Assembly: GCA_030867685.1 (NCBI GenBank)
Contig: JAQOWU010000008.1
Span: 4,216,001-4,280,000 of the forward strand
Direction: 5' to 3'
DNA: 64,000 nucleotides
From: Wickerhamiella versatilis
Lineage: Eukaryota
Shown in pieces: positions 20,983 through 31,673 of this stretch; the first letter of the stretch is position 1; the number at the start of each line of letters is the position of its first letter. The notes under the pieces are model-generated. The model had not been told where the DNA came from and made no database searches. It saw only the letters and a program-made list of their open reading frames with translations. Made by a program: the position numbers and the translations under genes.

Positions 20983-21366
20983 ATGCTCCCGTTCACTCGT
21001 GCGAAAGACTTAGACACAACACCAGAAGATTATTCCTTATGTCATCATTTTTGTAACACATAACCAGAGATCGTCGCGTGCATCGCGTACACAATTAGAG
21101 ATTTATCTGACTTCTTAGCCTAGCGATTTATATTTTTAGAACTTTTGGTAGGTAAGCTGAGAAGAATTAAGATTACATTAGGGGTGATTTCATTCACTGT
21201 GCTAATAAGTCTAGCAAAACATTGTTTGAACTAGTTTAAGATTTCGTCTAAGTTTGGGCCCCATTTGGTGGTCAAACCGCCTATTATGAGCGAATATATT
21301 ATTCCAAAGTCGCTACTAAAGAACAATCTATACATTATTCCGGTGGGCCAGTTATGTCAGCAGTAT

Positions 21367-24300
21367 ATGGACTACGCCAGTGTACGCAATGGCGATTTGC
21401 CACCGGCTAAGTCTGTAGGTGTTAATCACAGGGCATTGATTACGCGGGCACTCACAAAGTATCCTGTGGATTATGCGCTTTTTCGAGAATTACTTCAAAA
21501 TAGTGCGGATGCGCATGCTAGCCGTGCAACTATAAGATTTGAACCGATGGATACAGCCGAGCCAAACCTGCGATCTATCCATACAACACCTATAGGTAGA
21601 CTAGAGTTCACAAATGATGGTGATGTTTTCACAGATGACGATTGGAAACGTCTACGCGAAATTGCAAGTGGCAACCCCAATGAAACAAAAATCGGGGCCT
21701 TTGGTGTGGGATTTTATTCGACTTTTGAGATAAGTGACAAACCACTGGTTCATTCAGGCAATCAGATCATGACCTTTCGTTTCCAAGGTGATGAATTAAT
21801 GTACCAACAGGTCGAAGCTAGTGAATATGTCAAAGGAACTATAATTGATCTTCCTTACAAGTCTCCTGGTAAAGTCCCAGATCTTGTGAAATTCAGTTCT
21901 TTCCTATCACAGAGCTTCACATTGGTACCTTTAGATCAAGTGGAGCTTTTCATCGAAGATACTCGGCTCTTAAGACTACAGAAGCTATGCTCACCACCTC
22001 AACTCCTCTCAATCGACTCATCGGTATCTAATTCGTCCCCTTCTGGTCAATTGGCACTCAAAAAACTAATGCTTACACCCCTTCAAATCACTCTTCAGTA
22101 CCTCAATGTTACACAGATGCCTCCTGTAACAATGCAAAATGGCTTTTTGAATTTCGGACGCCAACTAGTGCAGTCTCTTGCAACAGCATCGCAAGACCCC
22201 GCTGAAGAAACAACTGTCATTACATTCTTACGTCGAATCGATGCCATTGTGGACGTTCGCGTATCGTCGGGGTTCAGGCAAAAAATGATCGATACTGTGC
22301 TGAAACCTCCGCCACGTCAAACTACTATGTCTCTATTAACGCAAACGCATCATGAACATGAGGTTTCTCAGCTCAAACCGCCATTGAGTGAGTACATTTT
22401 TCCAACAAACTTTAATGACGCAAAAATATTCATTGGCTTTCCGACTAGACAAAGTACGTCTATCAAGTCACATGTTGCACTAAACCAGGCCATACCTACT
22501 CTCGAGCGAACAGCAGTGGACATGTCTAACGATTTGGTCAAAGACTGGAACTGTCAGATCCTCTATATGGCTGGAGTGCTAGCTAGATGTGTATATGAAT
22601 CTGAGATGCGTGCTTGTCACAACCTAGACGATGCACAGTATATTCTAAATCGTTTTCAAATGGGGGAAAGTGCACCTGATGCGATCATTGGCAGATGGGT
22701 TGCCAGTGGATTCTGGAGATGCTCCCAAGTCATTTATCTTCCTACTGCAAATCATGGTATTCTGCCATCGGATAAGATTCGCTGGCCTGGCGATGCAGCG
22801 GATCTCATAAGAAGCACCCCAATAATTCTGCCTCAAAAGGGACTGGAGACTATTTATGAAAGCCTTCGTGAATTGGGGTATGTTCGGGAAATTTCTGTTA
22901 AGGAAATTGCGGCAGACGTATCACAGTCTCCGTTGAATCCGTCCCATTTTTGCTCTTTAGTGAAGTGGGCAATCAAGCATAATACATTCTCAGTGATGTC
23001 TCAAGCCATAGTCACACTTGACGAGGAATTCTGGTATCTTGGGAACGTCGAGTCCTATCAGGTGGACACCATTGTGCCTGAAGGCTATCCATTGCCTGCT
23101 AACTGTTTGACTCAACGTTTTATCAAGGCCTGTAGCAAATTATCTACAACTGATCTGGACAAAATTGGATTACATGCTTTAAGTATCGTGGAATGGGTTC
23201 GCTTCTTAGTTGGAGAAGCTTCTAACCCCGAAAAAAGTGTAGTGACCGACGAGAATCTGGCTAACCGATTTCTGGGGGTTCTGAGTGGTAAATGGTATAC
23301 TATTAGCAATGGTGATAGGGGCCAAATTATCCAATTGCTTCAGTCAGTACCATTGATACCAACACAACTGGGAATGATGTACCCCCAACAGAGCTATCTA
23401 AAGGAGGTTCCTCTGTGCTCGCATATTCCTATAATTTCAGATAAAGTGACTACATCAAAAGATTTTCTGAGAGATATCGGTCTACGAGAATCTATGGATA
23501 TGCGATATGTACTCCAGAATCTCCATGATTCGCAGTTACGATGGTCGACACCTGATCTCATAGACTATCTCATCGCCAATGCGTCATCTTTAAAACAAAG
23601 TGACTGGAAAACGCTCCAGGAGGGACAATTTTTCCAGAAAAAAGATTCTAAAGGTCTTTATCGAGCACGAGACCTCTTTCAACCAGATGAAGATTTAAGA
23701 AGTATGGGATTTCCTGTAATAAATGTTGACGAGAAGCCTACAGGATCATCTTTTAAAATATTACGACGACTAGGGCTGAAGATTTATCCTACGATTGAAG
23801 ACCTCTTTTCCAGAGATACTACGAAGGCGCTCAATTACTACTTAAAAAACGCAGAGGAGGCATCTTACAGCTCAAAATCACTGTGCAATTATCGCATTAT
23901 CCCTTGTAATGACGGTAAACTCTACAAGCCTCAAGAATGTTTTTCTGATCAGCAATTAAAAGTTTTCGGACTCCCTGTTGTTACCTCTGAGTATGCAGAC
24001 CACTCAAGTCGTCTTGGAATCAGGAAAACCCCGCCTATTTCCTGGCTTTTGAAAAGAGTAATCAATGACCCTCTGAAAGATTGGAATATTGCGAATGAAA
24101 TCTTCAGCTATTTATCCAGTCATCTGAGTGACTTGAGTCGTGCAGACATAGCGGCATGCCGTAGAACACCTTTTTTGCCGGGTGGTCTTAAGCCAATTGA
24201 TGTATTCATGCCAGATGGAGAATCTTCGAGTGGGTTTGAGAAATTGTTCCCCACTATAACCCCGACATCATCTGCTATACCTTTTTTGCGGCATGTTGGT

Positions 24301-25983
24301 GTCTTGCGCTCACCCACATTGCTACAAATTGTACGCAAAACAGTTTTTGAGCCTCAGGCCGTAATGGAGATTCTTGGAGGTCCTAGTCGGTATATTAGTC
24401 TACTTGCAAGAATAGAATCTGAGTGGCAGGATATCTCACAAGACGATGGACTTGTAAAAGATATGAAGCAGCAAAAATGGTTATTAGGTCTCAAAAATGA
24501 TGAAACCTCTAGCCTTTTTTTCTCGAATGAAGTGGCAATCGTTGACGACGTCATAATTTACGATCAGTTCAAGGATAAAATCATTACAGCACCTCAGGAG
24601 ACACTGGTCGAACAACTTTATGCTAATCTTGGTGTACCAAGGCTATCTCACATGCTAAAACAGCAAGTGCAAATAGGGCGGAGCATATTGGCAAAGGATT
24701 TGAGTTTAGAGGACCATATAAGACAGCGTCTCTCATTGTTTCTGGACACCACGACAAAAGAAAGACTTTTGAAAGCATCGGATGTCGACTCTCTCAAGGT
24801 GGAATTCGTAGACAAAATCAAGCTTATCCGCCAATTGGGTAATTCCCCTCGTATTGAAGTACCTACGACCGCATGGATTCGGGAACGCTTGATGCTTCTA
24901 GTCACTGAAAACTATCAATGGATTGACATCAGCCGTGCTCTTGTCAAAGCGTGCCTTCGAAAACCGGATCCTGATGCAGTTATTGTACTCGAACTCCAGC
25001 TGAGTGCTAGCCTCGAGGCATTAAGGTTGAAGGGTTACAATGTAAATCGGTTCCACAAAGACAGAGCACCTTTGGAACTAAATTTTACACCAACCACACC
25101 GCCACCGAAGCCAGAAGATGCTCGAGTGCCACCTCTTAAAACCAATGGCACCAAAGAAGTGGCGCAGGATTATCAGCGACATCCTAAGCCCCAGCAAAAG
25201 CCTAATCCTGTCGCATCATTACCTGGCTCATTACCTGGCTCATTACCATATCCACCACAGCCGGTTTCTGAACCCCCTGAATCGACATCTGTTAAGGGAG
25301 AAAAGAATGGGCTATTTGGTGGATTACCGCAGATTATATCTAAGTCATTAACGGGCTCTTATCCGAGGCCACACGATCAGAGTCGTGCCGCTGGAAATCC
25401 CTTACCGCTTGATACCTCGCTCGATGCAGGAATTGATGCATCAAGGACATATCAGGGCAATTCGCTTTCAGCACCTAAAAACGTTGATTCGCCTACACCT
25501 ATATCTCTGGATCAAGAATGTCAATCCACAAGAATTTATGACTTGAAACGTATGACTTTGCTGCCGGGTGGTCCAGTTATATACGCGGCAAAAAATTGGG
25601 AAGAACCTCCTACGGCGTCCTTAATGTGCGCTGCTGATGCATTTAAAGTCATTCTTCTCAAGTTGCAAAGCATTTATCGTTTTCCTTGGGCATCTCTAGC
25701 GATATACTGTGATAGTGATACTTCAACTATTGCATTTAACTACAATGGCAGTATCTTCGTCAACCTTATAGTGTTCATCCAGAAGTTTTACAGTTCAAAT
25801 TTGTGGTCACCTTCTAGTGCATTGGACTACTGGTTTGTGGTTCTTGCACATGAGCTTGCACATAACCTGGTATCAGTACATGGAGCAAAGCATTCATTCT
25901 TCTCTGAGGCTTATATCCAAAAATATCTCACAGTACGTCGACAACATATGGTACCAGACTCTGCAAAAGTGAATCACGCGTAG
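21367..25983 (+). CDS. Large uncharacterised protein: sacsin/Hsp90-like GHKL ATPase, DUF3684-like middle, C-terminal HExxH
   Basis: RELLQNSADA, FTNDG, IASGNPNETKIGAFGVGFYS (Bergerat fold); TIAFN and VLAHELAHNLV..H at the C-terminus; ATG 21367 chosen (another at 21286). Confidence 0.8.
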   Translation: MDYASVRNGDLPPAKSVGVNHRALITRALTKYPVDYALFRELLQNSADAHASRATIRFEPMDTAEPNLRSIHTTPIGRLEFTNDGDVFTDDDWKRLREIASGNPNETKIGAFGVGFYSTFEISDKPLVHSGNQIMTFRFQGDELMYQQVEASEYVKGTIIDLPYKSPGKVPDLVKFSSFLSQSFTLVPLDQVELFIEDTRLLRLQKLCSPPQLLSIDSSVSNSSPSGQLALKKLMLTPLQITLQYLNVTQMPPVTMQNGFLNFGRQLVQSLATASQDPAEETTVITFLRRIDAIVDVRVSSGFRQKMIDTVLKPPPRQTTMSLLTQTHHEHEVSQLKPPLSEYIFPTNFNDAKIFIGFPTRQSTSIKSHVALNQAIPTLERTAVDMSNDLVKDWNCQILYMAGVLARCVYESEMRACHNLDDAQYILNRFQMGESAPDAIIGRWVASGFWRCSQVIYLPTANHGILPSDKIRWPGDAADLIRSTPIILPQKGLETIYESLRELGYVREISVKEIAADVSQSPLNPSHFCSLVKWAIKHNTFSVMSQAIVTLDEEFWYLGNVESYQVDTIVPEGYPLPANCLTQRFIKACSKLSTTDLDKIGLHALSIVEWVRFLVGEASNPEKSVVTDENLANRFLGVLSGKWYTISNGDRGQIIQLLQSVPLIPTQLGMMYPQQSYLKEVPLCSHIPIISDKVTTSKDFLRDIGLRESMDMRYVLQNLHDSQLRWSTPDLIDYLIANASSLKQSDWKTLQEGQFFQKKDSKGLYRARDLFQPDEDLRSMGFPVINVDEKPTGSSFKILRRLGLKIYPTIEDLFSRDTTKALNYYLKNAEEASYSSKSLCNYRIIPCNDGKLYKPQECFSDQQLKVFGLPVVTSEYADHSSRLGIRKTPPISWLLKRVINDPLKDWNIANEIFSYLSSHLSDLSRADIAACRRTPFLPGGLKPIDVFMPDGESSSGFEKLFPTITPTSSAIPFLRHVGVLRSPTLLQIVRKTVFEPQAVMEILGGPSRYISLLARIESEWQDISQDDGLVKDMKQQKWLLGLKNDETSSLFFSNEVAIVDDVIIYDQFKDKIITAPQETLVEQLYANLGVPRLSHMLKQQVQIGRSILAKDLSLEDHIRQRLSLFLDTTTKERLLKASDVDSLKVEFVDKIKLIRQLGNSPRIEVPTTAWIRERLMLLVTENYQWIDISRALVKACLRKPDPDAVIVLELQLSASLEALRLKGYNVNRFHKDRAPLELNFTPTTPPPKPEDARVPPLKTNGTKEVAQDYQRHPKPQQKPNPVASLPGSLPGSLPYPPQPVSEPPESTSVKGEKNGLFGGLPQIISKSLTGSYPRPHDQSRAAGNPLPLDTSLDAGIDASRTYQGNSLSAPKNVDSPTPISLDQECQSTRIYDLKRMTLLPGGPVIYAAKNWEEPPTASLMCAADAFKVILLKLQSIYRFPWASLAIYCDSDTSTIAFNYNGSIFVNLIVFIQKFYSSNLWSPSSALDYWFVVLAHELAHNLVSVHGAKHSFFSEAYIQKYLTVRRQHMVPDSAKVNHA

Positions 25984-26241
25984 GAATTTTTCTTTTATTT
26001 TATTTGGTTTTCAGTAAGTCCCCATATTTATTCGCCATTGCAGCTTTAGTCGGTGCCAAGCACACTAGTCATATCATAAATTATAAAGCCAAAGTAATGA
26101 TGGGTTTTCAAGCTAGGTAATGAATCTTGCCTATTAAATAAGTTCCTTATTAACCTAGCTCTTATCACTTTAGTTTGCCGTCTCCTCACGCTGAGGTACA
26201 TTGATTATTCACAGGGGTCCACAAACACACGGTTGAGGTGT

Positions 26242-28282
26242 ATGGATTCCGAAGACTGCACCTTTGAGTCTTTTGACTGGCCTTGCCGTCTTGACCGAAT
26301 TCCAATAGCTTCAATAACAAATGAATTGAACGACATTATTGTGAGCATAGTAGACTCGCCAATACCTAAGGATCTATTGCATAACAGCGCAAGTTTTATT
26401 CTTCGGCCCATTATTCTTAGATTGCGCCGGGATTATTTGGGTGCAGGGTTATTTTATGCTCTTATGGCGAATAGAATCCACTTTTTCCAAGAGTGTAAAG
26501 ACGATCCAGCATGGGCTTTACTCTGGAAAACCAGAGCACATGTATGTGAGCTAGTTGCTCTCAAAATGGCTGCTGAATTCGAAACAGATGAACTGGCCCA
26601 AAGTCTTGTGTTTGAGTTTTATCCACTGGCTGATAGAGATTCTGTGGATACCCCCCCTAATCAATATTCCATCTTGGCTACGAATAAGTTCGTTAGAGAT
26701 GGCAATAAAGGCTGAAGCCAAAGCTTTTCTGGCACACCCAGTTATATCACATGTTGTTGAAGATCTATGGGACGGTCATATTGTTCTTGACGCTCCAATA
26801 CACAAGGCACATAGGGCTTCGTTAAGAACGGGTGCTGACTTGAAACGGCTTCTTGCGTCAAGAAGAGGCATTTTATCCCGCTACTCATTTGAAAATACTA
26901 CTATAATCAAGCCAAGTCGTTTGCGTGTGCCTAAATATCGACAATGGCTGAAGAGCTGTAATGTTGCTGTAATCGTTGGGCTGTACATCTGGAACCTCGG
27001 CACAAAGTCCTCGGACTTCTTTGGTTGGGGGCAAGCACTATTTAATTTATGGTGTCTTGGTTTTGTTTATGACGAGTTGTCAACTTTGAGAACTGTTGGT
27101 AGCAAATTGTATTTTATAATTTTGTGGAGCGCGTGTGACTTTTGCACGATCATATTTCTCCTTATATTCTGGGTTCTTCAGTTAAGTGCTCTCTTTTTCG
27201 ATAATTCGAAGCTCATCAAACGATCTTATGATATTTTGGCTGCTGCGGGTATCACCTTGCTTCCTCGTGTCTTCTCCATATTTGAGTTAAGTGAGACTTT
27301 TTCGAGGACTGTAATCTCCGTTCGGAAAATGATTATGGACTTGGTATATTGTTGGACTACTATTGTCATGTTCTCGCTGGGGTTTGGCGCTGCTCTAGTT
27401 CATTTTGGTAGAGGTATTTACCCACCTACGGAAGTCATTTACAGCCTATTTCAAGTTCTCTTTGGGTTCACTCCTGCTGTTTGGCAGACTTGGCAAGGTT
27501 ATCATTCGACATTGGCTGCAGCTATACTATTTTTGTATCTCTTCATGGCCCAGTTTGTGGTGCAAACCATTGTAATCGCAGCATTAACAGCGCGATATAT
27601 GGAAACTGCAGAGCACAGTACTGAGGAATATCATTTTATAAAGGCTGTGAATACCGAAATCAAGATAAAAAGTGAGAGATCAGTATTCTTTTTCTTTACT
27701 GAGCCATTCAATCTTTTGAATCTATTCATGCAACTACTAGCTTCCTTCTGCTCCCCGTCTTTCTACCTTCGAGCCGGCCGCATTATCCTAAAGCTCACGC
27801 ATGCACATATTTTTCTCGTTATCTATATTTACGAGCATGTATCTTATGCAATTTTGACCCTGAGAAAGAAGGCTTGGGAGGAACAGGCTGAGCGCATACA
27901 AAAGCACATTAAGCGCCGACACCAGCGGAGATCAAGGCCAATTCGCCTGGATGAATCTGAACAAACTAGGTTCGACGTCGTAGAGGAAATGCTTTCTCAA
28001 AGGCAAGCGCAAGGAACCCAGACTACACAAGGACAACAATTTCATAACGCATCAATTGGTACTCCACTTCTCTCTACGCGTTCGAGAAGAATGTCACTCG
28101 AAACAGATTCATTAAGCATGATTGAAGATCCTACAGAATTACATGGACTACTGGCCGATGTTCGTGCTACGAACCATCATATTGAAGAGTTGCTTGAGAA
28201 GCTTGTCGGTGGTTCACATAGTCAAAGTTTTGGACACCACCAGGAACAGACAACCCCAACTGCTCCTGGTAGTCTTATATAA
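26242..28282 (+). CDS. TRP/Yvc1-like cation channel split over two frames (+1 frameshift near 26651-26657)
   Basis: Frame A gives YALMANRIHF...TRAHVCELVALK...FEFYPL; frame B continues RISSLEMAIKAEAKAFLAHPV...LWDG...SRLRVPKYR, multiple TM segments and pore-like FGFTPAVW. Could be a pseudogene or an assembly error. Confidence 0.75.
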
Positions 28283-28308
28283 TATATAGCACCTTATAGA
28301 TTAAGCAG

Positions 28309-29262
28309 ATGAACAAACATGCCAGATTCCTACAGAGGAGTCTGGTGCTCATACCAGCTGATCACGAAATGTATGATGCTGTTCATACCTCTATCATCTA
28401 TTTCTGTTTATTGGGTCTTTGCATCCTAGGCGACACGCCAAAGAATAAGGATAGAGATATCTGGAAAAACCATATTTTCTCGTTACTTAGAACAAATGGG
28501 AAGTTAACAGGTTTTGCTGGCGGGCCATCCTATTCTCAAATTACTGAGGCACATTTAAATTCCACTTTCTTCTGTTTAGCAATGCTAAAAATGCTAGGGG
28601 TGGATATCGTTAATCTTTCCTACACGAATTATATACAAGAATTTGTTCGCTCATGTCAGGAAAAGTCGGGAAATTTTCGTGCATATTCCTCCAAAGGCGA
28701 ACAGAGTTGCCGGCATCTTTACGCTGGGATTGCAACATTGCGCTTGCTTGAACGTCGAGATTTAGATATAGAATCTCACGCAGTTGATTATATCCTTCGA
28801 TGTCAGAATTATGACGGGGGATTTGGAGAATTCCCGGGATCTGAATCGCATGCCGGCATAACATTTTGCTGTGTGTCCTCTCTTGCACTTACCGATTCAC
28901 TAAGCAGGTGTGATAAATATTCTTTAATATACTGGCTTGTTCATCGAGTAAGAGAAGATGGAGGATTCAACGGTAGGCCAGGAAAGCCCTCTGATGTTTG
29001 TTATTCATTTTGGGTATCAGCGTCATTAAAAATTCTAGGTTCCCTTGAGATGCTAGATGTGGATATCGCGACAAGATATCTACTTCGGGACGGTGTTGAT
29101 GATCTGCTGGGCGGATTTTCAAAAGTCCCTGGAGAGCGAGCAGATCCTCTTCATACAACACTTGCTCTAGCAGCTCTGTCTCTTTTCGGCAAAACGCCAA
29201 GCCTCAAGCCAGTTGATCCTGCATTGGCGATTGTCCATGATTCAATTAAACCTTCGAATTGA
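28309..29262 (+). CDS. CDC43: Geranylgeranyltransferase type I beta subunit
   Basis: Prenyltransferase repeats CQNYDGGFG, ESHAGITFC, GFNGRPGKPSDVCYSFWV, GGFSK...DPLHT; N-terminal KHARFLQRSL..IP typical of GGTase-I. Confidence 0.85.
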   Translation: MNKHARFLQRSLVLIPADHEMYDAVHTSIIYFCLLGLCILGDTPKNKDRDIWKNHIFSLLRTNGKLTGFAGGPSYSQITEAHLNSTFFCLAMLKMLGVDIVNLSYTNYIQEFVRSCQEKSGNFRAYSSKGEQSCRHLYAGIATLRLLERRDLDIESHAVDYILRCQNYDGGFGEFPGSESHAGITFCCVSSLALTDSLSRCDKYSLIYWLVHRVREDGGFNGRPGKPSDVCYSFWVSASLKILGSLEMLDVDIATRYLLRDGVDDLLGGFSKVPGERADPLHTTLALAALSLFGKTPSLKPVDPALAIVHDSIKPSN

Positions 29263-30139
29263 ATCTCAATTCAATTTGACGCACAAGTTCCTCATACATG
29301 CACCAACTTATACCTGAGCTGAGTGCCTTGCGGAAAAGCCTAAGGCTCAATCCGTCGAAAAGAGTGATAAACCCGTGCTCTGCGAGCATAATTTTGGCGC
29401 CATGAAAAAAGCTTTTGTAATAGGCCGGTTGCAGTTGTACGCGCGTCTTTACTGTATCAAAGGGGGCTGTAATAGTAGATGCTGCAATACTAGCAACGAC
29501 TGCTGCATTTATGTTTACAGTAGCAGCAGATGTAGACCCTCGTACATTTCCTGCAGCCGGAAATAAATTATTGAGCCCCTTTTTCACTTGCTCATAGAAT
29601 AGTATGTATAAACCAGCATATGGTGCATCTCGCGAAATTGTAGCTCCGTATCCCGAGAAAAATCCTCGAAGGCCCTCATTGAACCAAATCGAACGAAAAG
29701 CCTCCCTCATAGTACCATAAGCATATGTAGAACTCTCAAACCGCACTTTAACTACTGTTATTGGCATCATAACAAAGCCTACAACAGCACGTGCAGCAGC
29801 ACCTGTTATTAAATTCGCAGACATAGAGATTTGCGGCAGAACAGAACTGTAGCCACTATCTGTAGTCGTTGAATACCCTGCGACGAGTGATCTCAGCTTT
29901 CCAAGACTTGTCAAATACATGCTTGCTCCGATAGATGTTCTTATTGCCGATGGCAGGGTTCCTCTCCATAACTGACCTCTCGCAGCCGCTTCCCTCACAG
30001 CCGTGCCAATGCGTACACCATGACGTTGCTGTAAGCGGGTTTTAATAAGATCTAACGGCTGCAGCATCACAGATGAGACAAGACCCCCTACAAAACCTGC
30101 ATAAATATGGCTTCTGGCCCGAAACTCACTGTCTCCCAT
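29246..30139 (-). CDS. HEM25: Mitochondrial glycine carrier (SLC25A38)
   Basis: QPLDLIKTRLQQ, LWRGTLPSAIRT, PITVVKVRFES, RDAPYAGLY, RKALSSGISWCMYEE. Confidence 0.92.
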   Translation of the reverse strand: MGDSEFRARSHIYAGFVGGLVSSVMLQPLDLIKTRLQQRHGVRIGTAVREAAARGQLWRGTLPSAIRTSIGASMYLTSLGKLRSLVAGYSTTTDSGYSSVLPQISMSANLITGAAARAVVGFVMMPITVVKVRFESSTYAYGTMREAFRSIWFNEGLRGFFSGYGATISRDAPYAGLYILFYEQVKKGLNNLFPAAGNVRGSTSAATVNINAAVVASIAASTITAPFDTVKTRVQLQPAYYKSFFHGAKIMLAEHGFITLFDGLSLRLFRKALSSGISWCMYEELVRQIELRFNSKV

Positions 30140-30754
30140 AGTAAGCAAGGTCCGAAATATGTTTACTCACTCAAGGCTTCAAACTGGGAATGTGCTTGAG
30201 AAAATACTTCACTATTCGCTGAACACCGAATATAATTTTATAATTGCCGTTATATCTGTGAGAAGGATCACTTGCAGATCTTATTATTCCTCCTGATCTG
30301 GACTATAATCATGCTATGCTCCCAAAACAATGGCACTAGCCTTCCTCAACAAAATTATTTGTAGCTTGCCAAGTACGTATCTTATAATGAAATTGAATTT
30401 CGATCACCTGTACATGATGCAATTGGAACTGCCCAAATACATATTTACTTTAATAGGACCTCCATGGAGTGAAGATGGCATTTCCTTTGAATAAGCCTAT
30501 AATCTACTAGTTGAGCCCAGATTAATTCCCCCGTTGTAGACTCGTTCTGATACTTGCGGATTTCAGAGAAGCATTAGGTCTATATTGGCGCACAAACGAA
30601 AAACCAATTATTCTTCCGTCATTAATCCTTTAAAGAAAATAAACTTGTATGGATTGTATCACAGTAGTTATCTATAAGAATATTATAATGTTTATCATGA
30701 TCGCTATCACTTTTCACTTGATCCTAGGAGTTTCCGAGATTTGCTTATTCATAA

Positions 30755-31666
30755 ATGAGAGACGAGGTAGTAGCCGATGCCGTTCAGTTTTTGAACCATC
30801 CAGATACGGCACATGCCTCCCTCGGTAAAAGGGTGGAGTTCTTGGGGTCTAAAGGATTAACTCCCGAGGAGATTGAGGAGTCACTCAAACGCGCACAGGG
30901 TGTCTCATCTGACAATCAAGCCACCTCCACAAAACAAGTAACACTACCAGTCCAGCCAGCATACATGCGTGAACCACCGCCTATTCCCCAGCGTAATTGG
31001 AAAGATTATTTTGTAATGGCTACAGTGAGTGTCGGCGTAGCCTATGGTCTCTATGAGGTAGCTAAACGCTACGTGCTTCCGGCAATAATGCCCCCCACAC
31101 CACCTGCTTTGGAGGCTGATAAGCAGGCACTTGAGGCTGAATTTGAGCGGACTGAGTCTCTTGTGGAGCAGCTTGCCAAGGATATGGAGTCAGTTAAGGA
31201 GGCTGAAGCTGAGCGATCGCGCCAATTCGAAGAAATAATGGCAGAGGCACGAGAGGTGGTAGGCAGCATTAAGCCTCAAGTTGAGGATCGGCGCAAGGAA
31301 GCAAAGCTTGCTTCAGCAAATATAGAGTCAATGAAGGATTTGCTGCCTAAATCATTAGGTGCCTATTCAGAATCTCAAAGCCATGCCATCCGTGAACTTC
31401 AAGATGAGCTACAAAGTTTAAAAAGCCTTATAACAAATCGCCTTCGCACAAGTGGTGCTCCAAGACCTATTCCACCCGCCAGTTCTGTGCCTTCCTCGTT
31501 GCCAGCCAAGGATGCGACACCAGCCAAGGATGCGAAGGAAGATTCTGACTCTAGCCATAATAATTTCATTCCAAATCCAGGTTCGTCGAGCTCGCAATCT
31601 AGGAAACCCAGTGGAATTCCGGCGTGGCAACTCGCAGCCAAGTCGAATGACGATTCTAAATCTTAG
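30755..31666 (+). CDS. PEX14: Peroxisomal docking protein Pex14
   Basis: AVQFL..P...ASLGKRVEFLGSKGLTPEEI, WKDYFVMAT, coiled coil, C-terminal IPAWQLAA. Confidence 0.95.
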   Translation: MRDEVVADAVQFLNHPDTAHASLGKRVEFLGSKGLTPEEIEESLKRAQGVSSDNQATSTKQVTLPVQPAYMREPPPIPQRNWKDYFVMATVSVGVAYGLYEVAKRYVLPAIMPPTPPALEADKQALEAEFERTESLVEQLAKDMESVKEAEAERSRQFEEIMAEAREVVGSIKPQVEDRRKEAKLASANIESMKDLLPKSLGAYSESQSHAIRELQDELQSLKSLITNRLRTSGAPRPIPPASSVPSSLPAKDATPAKDAKEDSDSSHNNFIPNPGSSSSQSRKPSGIPAWQLAAKSNDDSKS

Positions 31667-31673
31667 CATTAAA

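Noticed and set aside
25217-25247. 12-bp coding tandem repeat (SLPG) and an 18-bp repeat in PEX14 near 31502-31535
   Set aside because: Ordinary in-frame slippage duplications in disordered linkers
26542-26547. GTATGT as a 5' splice site explaining the channel frameshift
   Set aside because: Splicing from here would delete the conserved RAHVCELVALK...FYPL coding segment
30330-30494. 54-codon ORF in the HEM25-PEX14 intergenic region
   Set aside because: No recognisable motif; length compatible with chance
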